Shown here piece by piece: positions 1 to 9,020 of a stretch of DNA of 64,000 nucleotides; the first letter of the stretch is position 1; every line of letters starts with the position of its first letter. The stretch is from the IMG/VR virus record IMGVR_UViG_3300009709_000002, positions 128,001 through 192,000 of that record. One strand, 5' to 3'. Source of the stretch: a virus (Duplodnaviria; Heunggongvirae; Uroviricota; Caudoviricetes). Below the pieces are notes generated by a model, which was not told where the DNA came from, did not search any database, and saw only the letters and a program-made list of their open reading frames with translations. The position numbers and the translations under genes are program-made.

Positions 1-88
1 TGGTTTGGTCGTTGGAAAAATAGTCGGTGAGAAGACCCTTTCCTTCATCACCGTACCCAGCACCGATTACAACGTTAGCCTTAATCAT
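1..88 (-). CDS. purA: Adenylosuccinate synthetase-like protein, N-terminus only (runs off window start; not in ORF track)
   Basis: Manual translation from ATG at 88 (GGAGG SD at 96-100) gives MIKANVVIGAGYGDEGKGLLTDYFSNDQT, the PurA GDEGKG P-loop signature. Confidence 0.85.
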   Translation of the reverse strand, partial: MIKANVVIGAGYGDEGKGLLTDYFSNDQT

Positions 89-110
89 GGTCAATCCTCC
101 GTCTTAGAAC

Positions 111-1049
111 TTACTTGAAGCGAACCACACCGCCCTTTGCACCCGTTTCCGTGGTGGTCAGGCCGCTGATGGCCTTCGAAACGACGAGCGACGTATCGCC
201 CGACCAGCTCTTCGCGACGGTCGCAGCGTCAGCGCCTTCGACGACCTGAATCGCCGACACGATGACTTCAGCCAGCTTCTTGTAATCGTCGAGCACGATA
301 ACGCGTTGGCCGAGAACACTTGCCCATGCCTTCTTCGTTTCTTCCAGCCCGGTGTAGCGAATCGCGTTGCCTTCAGCGATGATGATGTGGAAGATGTGGT
401 ACGTCTTGCCGGCGGCCTCGAGCAGGTCGGCATTGGTGATGCGTTGCATTGCATCCTTGTCGACGAACTTTTGCAGCTGTTCCAGCGTCAGATCTTGCGG
501 CGGCAGTTCATCGCCGACGGTGAAGAGGTAACCCTTCTTGCCGCGCTTTTCGAACGCATCGTGCGCCGTCTTGCGAGCAGCGAAAGCCCACGGCAGGTTG
601 TACGACTCGAACGAGTTGCCGCCACCGCCGCCTTCCAGGAAGAGCTCGAGCAGCTGCTCGGTGATGCGCATGTCAGCTTCGAACTGCGTAACTTGCAGCG
701 GCATGCGGTCGTAGTTTGCATCGCCGATGGCCATCGCCATGACGTGCGGATCGGAGATCGGCTTGCGCGTCAGCAGTTCGCTGAACACGATGCCGAGGCC
801 TTCCTTCGCGATGGTTTCCGCGAGAATGCCCATCGAACCAGTAACATCGAGGCCGACGATGACCGGCGTGCTGTTCGGATTGATGTCCGAGTCACGCGAT
901 TCACGCAGTTCGATGTTCGCCGGCTTGATTTCGTCTTTCACTTCCGCAGCGGAACGTGTGGTGAACATCGTCGAGGCACTTGCGCTTGCGACGGTCTTCG
1001 AGTACGAGCTCCAATCTGCATCACTCCAGCTACCTGCACCCATTGTCAT
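111..1049 (-). CDS. vWA (MIDAS) domain protein
   Basis: VGLDVTGSMG MIDAS-like motif, GGGGN-SY and FTVGDE strands; AAGGAG SD. Confidence 0.8.
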   Translation of the reverse strand: MTMGAGSWSDADWSSYSKTVASASASTMFTTRSAAEVKDEIKPANIELRESRDSDINPNSTPVIVGLDVTGSMGILAETIAKEGLGIVFSELLTRKPISDPHVMAMAIGDANYDRMPLQVTQFEADMRITEQLLELFLEGGGGGNSFESYNLPWAFAARKTAHDAFEKRGKKGYLFTVGDELPPQDLTLEQLQKFVDKDAMQRITNADLLEAAGKTYHIFHIIIAEGNAIRYTGLEETKKAWASVLGQRVIVLDDYKKLAEVIVSAIQVVEGADAATVAKSWSGDTSLVVSKAISGLTTTETGAKGGVVRFK

Positions 1050-1103
1050 GCTCCTTGTATTGTCGCTATGATGAATAAACTCGATGCAGCGACGAGAACC
1101 GAG

Positions 1104-1298
1104 TTAAAGTGAGAGTACTTCTTCTTTTTTGAACAGCTTTGCAATGCGATTCCGCTGTTCCATCAAAATCATGGTGTCTGTGGCATCATGGAGCTCAGCA
1201 TTATCCTTGATCCAGTTGTCCACGGCATCCAACAATTCTTCACGAGCCCATTCACGCATCTCGCCGATAGGCATACCGCTAAGCATTTTGCCAGCCAT
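1104..1298 (-). CDS. Hypothetical protein (64 aa)
   Basis: ATG at 1298 with AAGGAG SD, directly after the upstream stop. Confidence 0.6.
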   Translation of the reverse strand: MAGKMLSGMPIGEMREWAREELLDAVDNWIKDNAELHDATDTMILMEQRNRIAKLFKKEEVLSL

Positions 1299-1299
1299 G

Positions 1300-2343
1300 T
1301 CAGACTCCTTTGTAAATCTCCGCTTCGGTAGCTTCCATGTGGTGGAACTTGCGCTTACCGAACGCAGCATCCAAAATTTGATCCTTCCAGACCTTGAAAT
1401 CCTTGAAAGAATCGCCAGCCGAGGGATTCCTGATCCACTCTACGAGCGGCTTAGGTAGATCTTTATTACTGCGCAGCTTGGTTCCATGCTTGTCCCCTAG
1501 GAGCTCACGACCTAACAACCTGATCATCTCCATGTCGAACTGTGTGTCACCAACCTTGTTCTTCATCAGTGACGATGGTGCAAACTGCAGCAGCGGGCCA
1601 GGCACAGCTGTCAGCTTTTCGCCGACCTTGCTGCTGAACCACCAACCGCCGAGAAGATACCCAGCATGGTTTTCTGGTTCGATGAAAATCGTGTCGAGCG
1701 CGATGTCATTGTGCGCGATGTTCGCCCACTTGAGATAGCACCCGATGTTGTACAGGCGAGACATGATCCAAGCGACATGCCGAGGATCCAACTTTCCGCC
1801 GTAGAAGGCGAGCAAGTCTTTCAGCAGCACAGTGCCAGGAGGTTTCTCGATGACGAGATAGTGCTTATCCTTCGTCTCGACTTCGGCCTTGATCTTTGGC
1901 AACAGCCGACTGATGTTCTTCTGCATGTCAGCGTTCGGGTACTTGAAGCCTTTGATGACCTTCACACCTTCTTTGTAAAGATCTTCAAACTCCTTGTCAA
2001 TTCCGTAGACGATCACCGTCTTGCCGATGAACATGTCCCCAAGCTCAATCTTATGGTGTTTCTTGAAGCTGATCTCAAATGACTTACCGTCGACCGCGGT
2101 GATGGTCAGCCTGCCAGGAGTGACCCAAACGCCATCTTTGAACTTTTGCTCCGCCAGCTCCCAGAGACCCTTCATGTGCTTGAAGATCTCTTCATTAGCA
2201 GCACCACGATCTGGGTGCCACTTCATGGCTAGCTTGCGATATTCTTTCTCGGCGACTTCCTCGACTCCCGTGAACAGCAGCTCGGGCTGATCGGCAGGAA
2301 TCGCGAGAATCTGCTTTGCGGTAAGCGAGGAAACGTCTTTCAT
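1300..2343 (-). CDS. J-domain (DnaJ) fused to a protein-kinase-like domain
   Basis: YRKLAMKWHPDR J-domain motif; IAHNDI catalytic-loop-like motif; DFG position replaced by LGG. Confidence 0.8.
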   Translation of the reverse strand: MKDVSSLTAKQILAIPADQPELLFTGVEEVAEKEYRKLAMKWHPDRGAANEEIFKHMKGLWELAEQKFKDGVWVTPGRLTITAVDGKSFEISFKKHHKIELGDMFIGKTVIVYGIDKEFEDLYKEGVKVIKGFKYPNADMQKNISRLLPKIKAEVETKDKHYLVIEKPPGTVLLKDLLAFYGGKLDPRHVAWIMSRLYNIGCYLKWANIAHNDIALDTIFIEPENHAGYLLGGWWFSSKVGEKLTAVPGPLLQFAPSSLMKNKVGDTQFDMEMIRLLGRELLGDKHGTKLRSNKDLPKPLVEWIRNPSAGDSFKDFKVWKDQILDAAFGKRKFHHMEATEAEIYKGV

Positions 2344-3734
2344 TATTTGTCGTCCCGAACCATGATGAATTGCGGAAAGCGGATCGCGTAAGTATCCGAG
2401 CCTTTAGCCTTCGAAAGCATTTGACCTTCGATCATCACGGTTTTTCCAAGGAAGAGTTCCTTGTTGTTCCAGATGTAGGTGCGAAGGAATTCGTCTTCCG
2501 ACATCTTGAGAGCCTTCAGATCGAAGCCAGCCTTTGCGGCGAGGTTCTTCACGTAGCCCTGAGCTTTGTCACTCTTGACCTTGAAGCCGCCGCACTTGCA
2601 TTTGATCGGATTGCCGTTTTCATCCTCGCCTTCAACTTCCAGGGCGCCGAGGATGTGTTCGTTCTTGGTACCCTTGTTGCCAGGACGAAAGCCGGTAATC
2701 CGAACATCCACGTCCATGACAGGCTTGTACTTTGCCCAGACCATCGACTTGCGTTTCGGGTCCCAGTCATAGAGACCGTCGATTCGCTTGATTATCAGGC
2801 CTTCTTCCATCACGATGCCTGTACGTTCGCCTTCTTCTTCCAACTCTTCCAGAAAGTCCATCGCTTCCTTGATCGAGTTGACGATGCGGAATTGCGAGCG
2901 GACGAGCTTGGTGAAGTTGCCTTGCGACAAGAGATCTTTGATCGTTGCGAGACGATTGATTTGAGTGACCGGGCAGCTTTGCGCCAACCACTCTTCCTTC
3001 TTCATGATGTCGAAGACGTTGAACTTGAGGTGCGTGCGAGCTTCAGCGTTTTTGACGCCTTTAGCCTGCATCGATTCTTGGAAGGTGCGAGCGTATGCTT
3101 CGCCGTCCACGACGACCGGGTGACCAAAGAGCTTTTCCAACTCGATCAGCTCATCATCGAAGAGACCGATCGCATAATCTGCATCTTTGCCGCCGCGCGA
3201 GTAGTATTCGATCTCACCGTTCTCAACGTAAGCGATGAGACGGAGACCGTCATACTTGGCATCAGCGATGCAAGGGAATGTCCATTTGTACTTTGCTTTC
3301 GGACCAGCTTCGATCTTCGCCGCGAGACCTTGCAGGAACTCGGGGATGTTCAGATTCGGGTAGAGCTCTTCGAAGGTGTTCCGATCGGCGCCGCACTTCA
3401 GGTCTTTCTTGATGACGCGAGTGAGGTACTTTGCGGTGTTCTCGGTGAATTGCGCGAGAACCGACGAAATTTGAAAGCGAGCGATGTTGCCGGAGATATC
3501 GCCATTGTGCAGCGAATCCAGCAGGTCGAGGAAAACTTTGTAGGAGTGCGGATCGATGTCGGCATACTTCACCGGCTCGGCCCACTTCTTCGTGTGGAAG
3601 ACGCGGAAGGGATTCAGAGCTTCATACACGAGCATCTGACCTTCATGGCTAAGGCCAGAAAGAGCAGCATGCTTCTCTTTCTTTGTGGAGATTTGTTCCG
3701 CCTCGGCGATCGCGACTTCGAAACGTTTGAGCAT
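2343..3734 (-). CDS. ATP-dependent DNA ligase (gp30-like)
   Basis: KYDGLR adenylation motif, DGE, EGLIIK, KYK, IRFPQF; start moved to ATG 3734, downstream of the promoter. Confidence 0.93.
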   Translation of the reverse strand: MLKRFEVAIAEAEQISTKKEKHAALSGLSHEGQMLVYEALNPFRVFHTKKWAEPVKYADIDPHSYKVFLDLLDSLHNGDISGNIARFQISSVLAQFTENTAKYLTRVIKKDLKCGADRNTFEELYPNLNIPEFLQGLAAKIEAGPKAKYKWTFPCIADAKYDGLRLIAYVENGEIEYYSRGGKDADYAIGLFDDELIELEKLFGHPVVVDGEAYARTFQESMQAKGVKNAEARTHLKFNVFDIMKKEEWLAQSCPVTQINRLATIKDLLSQGNFTKLVRSQFRIVNSIKEAMDFLEELEEEGERTGIVMEEGLIIKRIDGLYDWDPKRKSMVWAKYKPVMDVDVRITGFRPGNKGTKNEHILGALEVEGEDENGNPIKCKCGGFKVKSDKAQGYVKNLAAKAGFDLKALKMSEDEFLRTYIWNNKELFLGKTVMIEGQMLSKAKGSDTYAIRFPQFIMVRDDK

Positions 3735-3770
3735 TTGGTAGGTCCGTTTGAATTTATTTCCGATATGATT

Positions 3771-3800
3771 ATTATAACATGACACTTTCTTGTTGTAAAC
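3771..3800 (-). promoter_or_regulatory. Sigma70-type (early/middle) promoter
   Basis: GTTTAC-N18-TATAAT; the same spacing recurs at many intergenic sites. Confidence 0.75.
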
Positions 3801-3851
3801 AACTTGTTGCACATTCCGCAAAAGCTAGTACACGATGTGAAAAAGCCAAAG

Positions 3852-3875
3852 AAAAAGGCGACCCGAAGGCCGCCT
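3852..3875 (-). terminator. Rho-independent terminator
   Basis: AGGCGGCC-TTCG-GGTCGCCT followed by a T tract. Confidence 0.75.
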
Positions 3876-3899
3876 ACACTTTACTTCAAAACTACTATT

Positions 3900-4649
3900 T
3901 TACTTCTTTGGGTGGATTGTCCACATGTCATCTACCAAGCCAAGTGGCGAAGTGAACCATGACTGGTCCATCTTGAAGTAACCGTCGATGCCCCAGTTTG
4001 GACCCCATGAGTTACGAACCCAGATGAACTTGTAGTTAGGATCACGGTCATCGTAGCCAACAGCCAGAACAGCGTGGCCACCCAACCATTGAGTTCTCAT
4101 GTTTGGTGCGTACAGCTTGCCGTCGATCGACATTTGTTCCGACTCAAATTCAGCTGGAACTTGGAAACCGAAGATAACTGGCAAACCCTTCGCCAGCGCG
4201 GCCTTCATACCATTCAGATCAGCAATTCTTTCGTAGCTTTCGATCAGAGGAATGAGCTTCAGCCCATCAGTATAAGCTTCTGCCGTTGGCTTTTGCGCAA
4301 ACTTGGAAACGTCGTATGGCCACACAGCTTCTGAAGCGCAACCATATTGCTGGAAGCCCTTGATGATGTCACGGATTTGCGCACCTGCATCGTCTTGCAC
4401 ATCACCTTCGATGAGACGAGCGTCATAGTACGCCATCAGGCGTGAAAGTGCTGGTTGACCAGTTACGATCGAAACACCAGCTGTCGATGAATTACCAGTG
4501 CAAGAACCCAGCTCACCCTGGTCGTCGATTGGAAACTCTGTACCAATGCGATCTACGTAGGACGGCAGATCCTTTACAGGAGCCGTCACTTTAAAATATC
4601 TATCTCTTTGGTCCGGTCTAGACGGACGCCAATTATAAGTGCGTTTCAT
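3900..4649 (-). CDS. Papain-family (C1) cysteine peptidase
   Basis: DQGELGSC, GGHAVLAVGY, RNSWG catalytic motifs. Confidence 0.92.
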   Translation of the reverse strand: MKRTYNWRPSRPDQRDRYFKVTAPVKDLPSYVDRIGTEFPIDDQGELGSCTGNSSTAGVSIVTGQPALSRLMAYYDARLIEGDVQDDAGAQIRDIIKGFQQYGCASEAVWPYDVSKFAQKPTAEAYTDGLKLIPLIESYERIADLNGMKAALAKGLPVIFGFQVPAEFESEQMSIDGKLYAPNMRTQWLGGHAVLAVGYDDRDPNYKFIWVRNSWGPNWGIDGYFKMDQSWFTSPLGLVDDMWTIHPKK

Positions 4650-4678
4650 AGCTATGCACCTCCAAAAAATAGCATAGC

Positions 4679-4685
4679 TATTTAT
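4679..4685 (-). promoter_or_regulatory. T4-type late promoter (ATAAATA), representative of about 18 intergenic copies
   Basis: ATAAATA also at 7480(+), 9223, 18342, 26765, 28103, 33743, 35348, 40607, 42778, 43503, 46899, 48623, 49334, 54363, 54383(+), 59296(+) and 62545, oriented with the downstream gene; T4 gp55 consensus is TATAAATA. Confidence 0.75.
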
Positions 4686-4700
4686 GGAAAATGACGCTAT

Positions 4701-5141
4701 TTATCGACTCTTCATCGCGGCATCGATTTCACGCTTTACATCGCGCTCTTTTTCGGCATCTCGTTTATCGTGTTGCTTCTTTCCTTTCGCGAGAGCAACC
4801 TTGACCTTCACCTTCTTGCTGTCACTCCAATGCAGATCGACCGGCACGATCGTGTAACCAGCCTGAACTTTCTTACCATGCCAACGTTTTAGCTGCTTTT
4901 TCGTCATCAGCAGCTTGCGAGTCCTTGTTGGATCAGCAATAGTGTGCGTGTTGGTTTGCGTAAGAGGAGTAATCACCGCGCCAAATAGGAAGGCTTCTTC
5001 GTCTATGAAGATTACGTAAGCGCTTGTCAATTGTGCCTTCCCGGCTTTTATTGACTTTACTTCCCAGCCCTCCAGAATGATCCCAGCGTCCTCGACTTCT
5101 TCAAAGAAGTAGTCATATTTGGCACGGCGATTCTCAATCAT
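4701..5141 (-). CDS. smpB: SsrA-binding protein SmpB
   Basis: NRRAKYDYF, AGIILEGWEVKSIK, DPTRTRKLL, KGKKQHDKR with an intact C-terminal tail. Confidence 0.96.
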   Translation of the reverse strand: MIENRRAKYDYFFEEVEDAGIILEGWEVKSIKAGKAQLTSAYVIFIDEEAFLFGAVITPLTQTNTHTIADPTRTRKLLMTKKQLKRWHGKKVQAGYTIVPVDLHWSDSKKVKVKVALAKGKKQHDKRDAEKERDVKREIDAAMKSR

Positions 5142-5142
5142 C

Positions 5143-6039
5143 TTATACCTTCAACTTTTTGCGCGACCACTCAACCATACGAGCTGTTTTGTATCCAAAA
5201 GACCGCTTGATGATATCTGGCACTTTCATGATAGCTGCCAGATTTTCTTCAACGGTTGCAGGACCAGCTGTGCTTTTTCTAATCAAAGATGCAATCTTCG
5301 GAGTGGAAACCAAATCATACTGGAAGACAGAATCTTTGCGGCAAAAGACATAACGCTCTTTGACAGAAGTTGCCCATACGTAATTATACCGCGGTTCACC
5401 ACGTGTCCAACTATTGTACTTAGGATTCTTAACCGCTTCTTCAATTTCAACCTTGATGAAGATCTTTCCGAAGTAAACAGCTTCAATACCTTCTTCCAGC
5501 ATGACGACATCACCAGGTGAAACGTCACGGAGAGAGAACTTGGCGGCGGCGGTCTTCAAATCCGTCGTCTTCTTGACAGCAGCATATTCTTCACTACCAG
5601 CAAGAATCAAAGCGTTCTTCGTACCGCTGCGAGCATACAAGCACTCACCTTGAATTTCACCCTTGATGAGGTCAGTCGCTTGAATGATCTCCATCAAGTT
5701 ACCAGTTGTAATCTCGAACTCAAAACCTCGAGGATCTTCAACACGGAAAAGACTACGGCCAGATCCAAAGTGATCACGAACGCGCTTAATATCATCGACA
5801 ATCTTAAAGCCTTTCGTCGGAACATTTGTGATCTTTATCTCTTTGCCGTAAACTTTGACATTTTTCTTCTTGGTTTCATCATACGTCCACACCTGCGCCC
5901 ATTCACGAGCACTATCAACACGCTTCCTACCGCCAACATCATCCGTAAACGGAACGGGCCAGCCAAGCGGTGAATTGCCGCCACAGCTGTGATCCATATC
6001 AGTTCGCAGCGTTACAAAGTAAGTTTCAGGAAAATGCAT
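5143..6039 (-). CDS. Hypothetical phage protein
   Basis: 298-aa ORF translationally coupled to its neighbours. Confidence 0.6.
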   Translation of the reverse strand: MHFPETYFVTLRTDMDHSCGGNSPLGWPVPFTDDVGGRKRVDSAREWAQVWTYDETKKKNVKVYGKEIKITNVPTKGFKIVDDIKRVRDHFGSGRSLFRVEDPRGFEFEITTGNLMEIIQATDLIKGEIQGECLYARSGTKNALILAGSEEYAAVKKTTDLKTAAAKFSLRDVSPGDVVMLEEGIEAVYFGKIFIKVEIEEAVKNPKYNSWTRGEPRYNYVWATSVKERYVFCRKDSVFQYDLVSTPKIASLIRKSTAGPATVEENLAAIMKVPDIIKRSFGYKTARMVEWSRKKLKV

Positions 6040-7046
6040 TAAGCAGCCTCTTTGATCTCATAGAATTCACGCAACCACCAAGCCATGTAGCCTTCAAACG
6101 CAGCTTGCATCTCTGGTGTCAGGCTTGGAAGAGTCGATGACTTTTCAAGATCCTTGAGCCGATCTAGCTTAGCCGACAGCTCTTCCGTCACTTCCTTCAA
6201 ATCAACTTCGCCACGTTTGATCGACAGCAAACGATCTACGTAAGCTTGCTCAAATGGAAACTGCAGCTTGTGGTGTTCAAGCAGCATCAGACCTTCATCA
6301 ACGATGCGTAGAGCATGCATCGTAGCTTTCCAGTCAACGTTGCTTTCAGACGCAGCATCTGCACGTGAGCCATACTTCTTCAGCAGCGAGTTTACGACAA
6401 CCTTCGAGTGACCAACCGTGTTGGTGAAGGGGATCGTCTTCTCAAGCAGCTTTAGGCTCGGACGTAATACTCCACCACCGATGTCGTAGTCTTCAAGCTT
6501 GATGTACTTTGGAAACTTCTCTTGAAGCTTTACAGCCTCGGCCGTGAACTCAACTTCTACATCAACGATTTGATCTTCGTTCGAAAAGCCAGCTAGAAGC
6601 TCCTCTACAGCACGAGTCGCATTGAGCCGTTCACCCTTGAATGAATACAAGCTAGCTTGGTTCACTACGTAGCCCATCATCGCCTTGATGTCGGATGTCA
6701 AGAAACGAGTACGAAGCACGTTACAGAAGTCGATGAATCGTTCATCATAGACATGCTGTTCGGCATGAGTACCAGTCACCGAGAAGGCTAGCTCCAACGC
6801 GTAAGTCTGCCCACGCATGAAATCACGAGCAAACACTTGGAGAGGGATGAATTCCTCATCCACGTCTTCGGCTGTATTGCGAACGTTGGTCGCTGTGTTA
6901 GTCTTCTTAAACGTGTTCTTGACCTGTTTACCAAGAAGCAGCTCATCCAGGTCAAGAAGCGTTACGTGTTTGATGTCCCGATCAGAGGTCGGGGTGGATG
7001 TGCCGTACAGCTTAGAGCCGAACAAGCACGTAAACAGCTTTTTCAT
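6039..7046 (-). CDS. Pol-beta-superfamily nucleotidyltransferase (RlaP / T4 NrdC.11-like)
   Basis: FGSKLYGTSTPTSDRD (GS...DxD); C-terminal DWKATMHALR and LLSIKRGE helical motifs. Confidence 0.8.
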   Translation of the reverse strand: MKKLFTCLFGSKLYGTSTPTSDRDIKHVTLLDLDELLLGKQVKNTFKKTNTATNVRNTAEDVDEEFIPLQVFARDFMRGQTYALELAFSVTGTHAEQHVYDERFIDFCNVLRTRFLTSDIKAMMGYVVNQASLYSFKGERLNATRAVEELLAGFSNEDQIVDVEVEFTAEAVKLQEKFPKYIKLEDYDIGGGVLRPSLKLLEKTIPFTNTVGHSKVVVNSLLKKYGSRADAASESNVDWKATMHALRIVDEGLMLLEHHKLQFPFEQAYVDRLLSIKRGEVDLKEVTEELSAKLDRLKDLEKSSTLPSLTPEMQAAFEGYMAWWLREFYEIKEAA

Positions 7047-7402
7047 TATTGCTTCTTCTTATCTCCGAAGCGAAGTTCATACTTCGACTGCGTCGCACGA
7101 ACGCAGTTCCATACGAGCTCCACGACATCATCGTGGAAAGTCTTCGTCTTCTTGTTTGTTAGGTTTGATACATCCGAGGAGAGCACCGCGAGGTTGCTGA
7201 AGAACCAATTTTCGCGAATGTCTGCTGCGCCTGCGGTGTGAGCAATACGATTGAATCGAGCAAAAGCCTTCGAAATGATCGTCTCATACTGCTTTTTGGC
7301 AGGAACTGCCGTCGACGCTGCAATGAACATTTCTTGTGCCAACTGCACAAAGAGGTCTTCACAAGACTGAACGTTTGAGAACTCTGAAGTTTGCATTTTC
7401 AT
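7046..7402 (-). CDS. Hypothetical protein
   Basis: Probable start ATG 7402, downstream of a TATAAT promoter near 7430-7460. Confidence 0.5.
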   Translation of the reverse strand: MKMQTSEFSNVQSCEDLFVQLAQEMFIAASTAVPAKKQYETIISKAFARFNRIAHTAGAADIRENWFFSNLAVLSSDVSNLTNKKTKTFHDDVVELVWNCVRATQSKYELRFGDKKKQ

Positions 7403-7516
7403 CCACTGGGTTGTATTGCCGATAGAGAAATTATATCTCATGCCACAATGGATGTAAAATTTAGTGTGTTTTTGACTCCATAAATAATCGCACAAACAAC
7501 CATACGAGACTTATCC

Positions 7517-7942
7517 ATGGCTAAAGCACCACCACTCGTCGTAGAAGAACTGCAAGACGAGTCAAATTACATCTTTTTGACGTTGATCGAGTATAAGAAA
7601 CAACGATATCTCACGGTCATTGAGAATGTCGTGGATGACGAAATTCAAGCTTACATGCTTGACCAGCTGTCAGCTGAAGGGATAGATCAGAGTTGGTTTA
7701 TGTCTGTGGCTGTGCGTTGGTTTTATTCATCGTCGCACAAATATCCACTTTCATTTGAATTTGCCAAGCTTGGGCAAGGCGAGATTGTTAAGCGAGTGCT
7801 GAAGACCTTCAACATCAACTCAACGTCGAGAATCATCGGGAAGCTTTTCACCTACAAGGTGAATGCTAAGCCGAAGGTAAAGCGTAGAAAGCTAGTTCCG
7901 ATTCCTGAGTACTTCGAAGTCAAGCTAAAGAAGCACGATTAA
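7517..7942 (+). CDS. Hypothetical protein, late-promoter driven
   Basis: 141-aa ORF after ATAAATA at 7480. Confidence 0.7.
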   Translation: MAKAPPLVVEELQDESNYIFLTLIEYKKQRYLTVIENVVDDEIQAYMLDQLSAEGIDQSWFMSVAVRWFYSSSHKYPLSFEFAKLGQGEIVKRVLKTFNINSTSRIIGKLFTYKVNAKPKVKRRKLVPIPEYFEVKLKKHD

Positions 7943-8235
7943 GGTACTCCCATATTCACATCCCAAGCTTGCGGAAGGAATCCAAACATCCAAGCGAAGG
8001 TGTAGGGAAGGAACCAGAGATAGTGGATAGCGACGCCGATGACGATCCACTTCGCAATCCAAATGAAGAACTCGGCACGCTGAGTAGCTCGTTCAGGGTG
8101 ATCAGGATCATTCTGAGCAAACATGAAGAACACGAACATGCCGTAACGAATTCGTGCCTGAATGTACAAGATCAATCCGGACAGAATCAAAACGCTCAGC
8201 GGAATATCAAGGAAGTAGCGGAAGAAACCAATCAT
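7939..8235 (-). CDS. Small membrane protein
   Basis: Two hydrophobic segments; upstream TATAAT promoter and GGAG SD. Confidence 0.6.
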   Translation of the reverse strand: MIGFFRYFLDIPLSVLILSGLILYIQARIRYGMFVFFMFAQNDPDHPERATQRAEFFIWIAKWIVIGVAIHYLWFLPYTFAWMFGFLPQAWDVNMGVP

Positions 8236-8303
8236 TTTCTTCTCCGTGGATGTATAAGTTCATTATAACACATCTACGGAGAAAGTAAATGATTTTGTGG
8301 CCT

Positions 8304-8885
8304 TTAATTGAAGTTTACCCCGGCTTTGATGAGATGTAGCTGCAAAACAGCTGCTAAAGCATATGCAATCGCGTGTGCTTTCTTAAACGCATATCCATTC
8401 GTATCTTGGCGATAAAGCTCAACACGATATCTGAGCGGATCTTGCACGTAGTTCTTCAGCATGAATCGTTTTTGCGGACGAATCAACGCCATGCAATCTG
8501 CTAGCTCAAGAATACTTCTCGGCTTTACTTGCTCGATTACTTCAAAATGTTTTGATAGCTGGAACAGCTGTTGAACGACAGATGGGATTTTGAGCAAGTC
8601 CCAATCCGGTTCTGTCTTTACCAGAATCCGAATTTCTTCTTTTGACTCAAAATAGTCGTAGATGTACAGGTGGAGAAAGTCCACCTTGAAGCAGTCTAGC
8701 TGCTCGGCGATATCATACGGGACCGCCGCAAGACCAGTGATAGGATCAACCGCTATGTCTTGAAAGTACACTCCACATGGATGGGGTAGCAGCTTACCAT
8801 CTTTGTACATGGAAGCTTTTACCACATTCTTCGGAAAGACCTTCAAGGGGTCGAAGCTATTCGGTGTATCTATGTCGATGTCCAT
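8304..8885 (-). CDS. dnaE: DNA polymerase III alpha (DnaE)-like, C-terminal catalytic fragment of a split enzyme
   Basis: Begins MDIDID; also HPCGVY, FKVDFLHL, ALIRP, YAFKKAHAIAYA, matching DnaE PDFDVDF, HAGGV, KFDFLGL, ALFRPG, YGFNKSHSAAYA. Confidence 0.85.
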   Translation of the reverse strand: MDIDIDTPNSFDPLKVFPKNVVKASMYKDGKLLPHPCGVYFQDIAVDPITGLAAVPYDIAEQLDCFKVDFLHLYIYDYFESKEEIRILVKTEPDWDLLKIPSVVQQLFQLSKHFEVIEQVKPRSILELADCMALIRPQKRFMLKNYVQDPLRYRVELYRQDTNGYAFKKAHAIAYALAAVLQLHLIKAGVNFN

Positions 8886-8891
8886 GGAAAT

Positions 8892-8921
8892 ATTCTATCA
8901 TAGAGATCAACAAAAGTAAAT
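8892..8921 (-). promoter_or_regulatory. Sigma70-type promoter, predicted leaderless transcript
   Basis: ATTTAC-N18-TAGAAT, then 6 nt, then the ATG at 8885. Confidence 0.65.
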
Positions 8922-9020
8922 TATGACAGGGAGCCCATAATCCTCAGATTACAGGCGCCCAGGTACTCCCTCTACACTTGGTAGATGAGCTTTCAAATTT
9001 ACCACCCGCGTGGGCGAACA

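Noticed and set aside
1-88. PurZ (2-aminoadenine DNA) as the identity of the PurA-like ORF
   Set aside because: The motif is GDEGKG with the PurA Asp; PurZ has Ser at this position. Only 29 codons are visible.
2370-3782. Long plus-strand ORFs (e.g. 306..1112, 2370..3782, 16703..17881, 32079..32735)
   Set aside because: They are antisense shadows of well-supported minus-strand genes, with no motifs or RBS.
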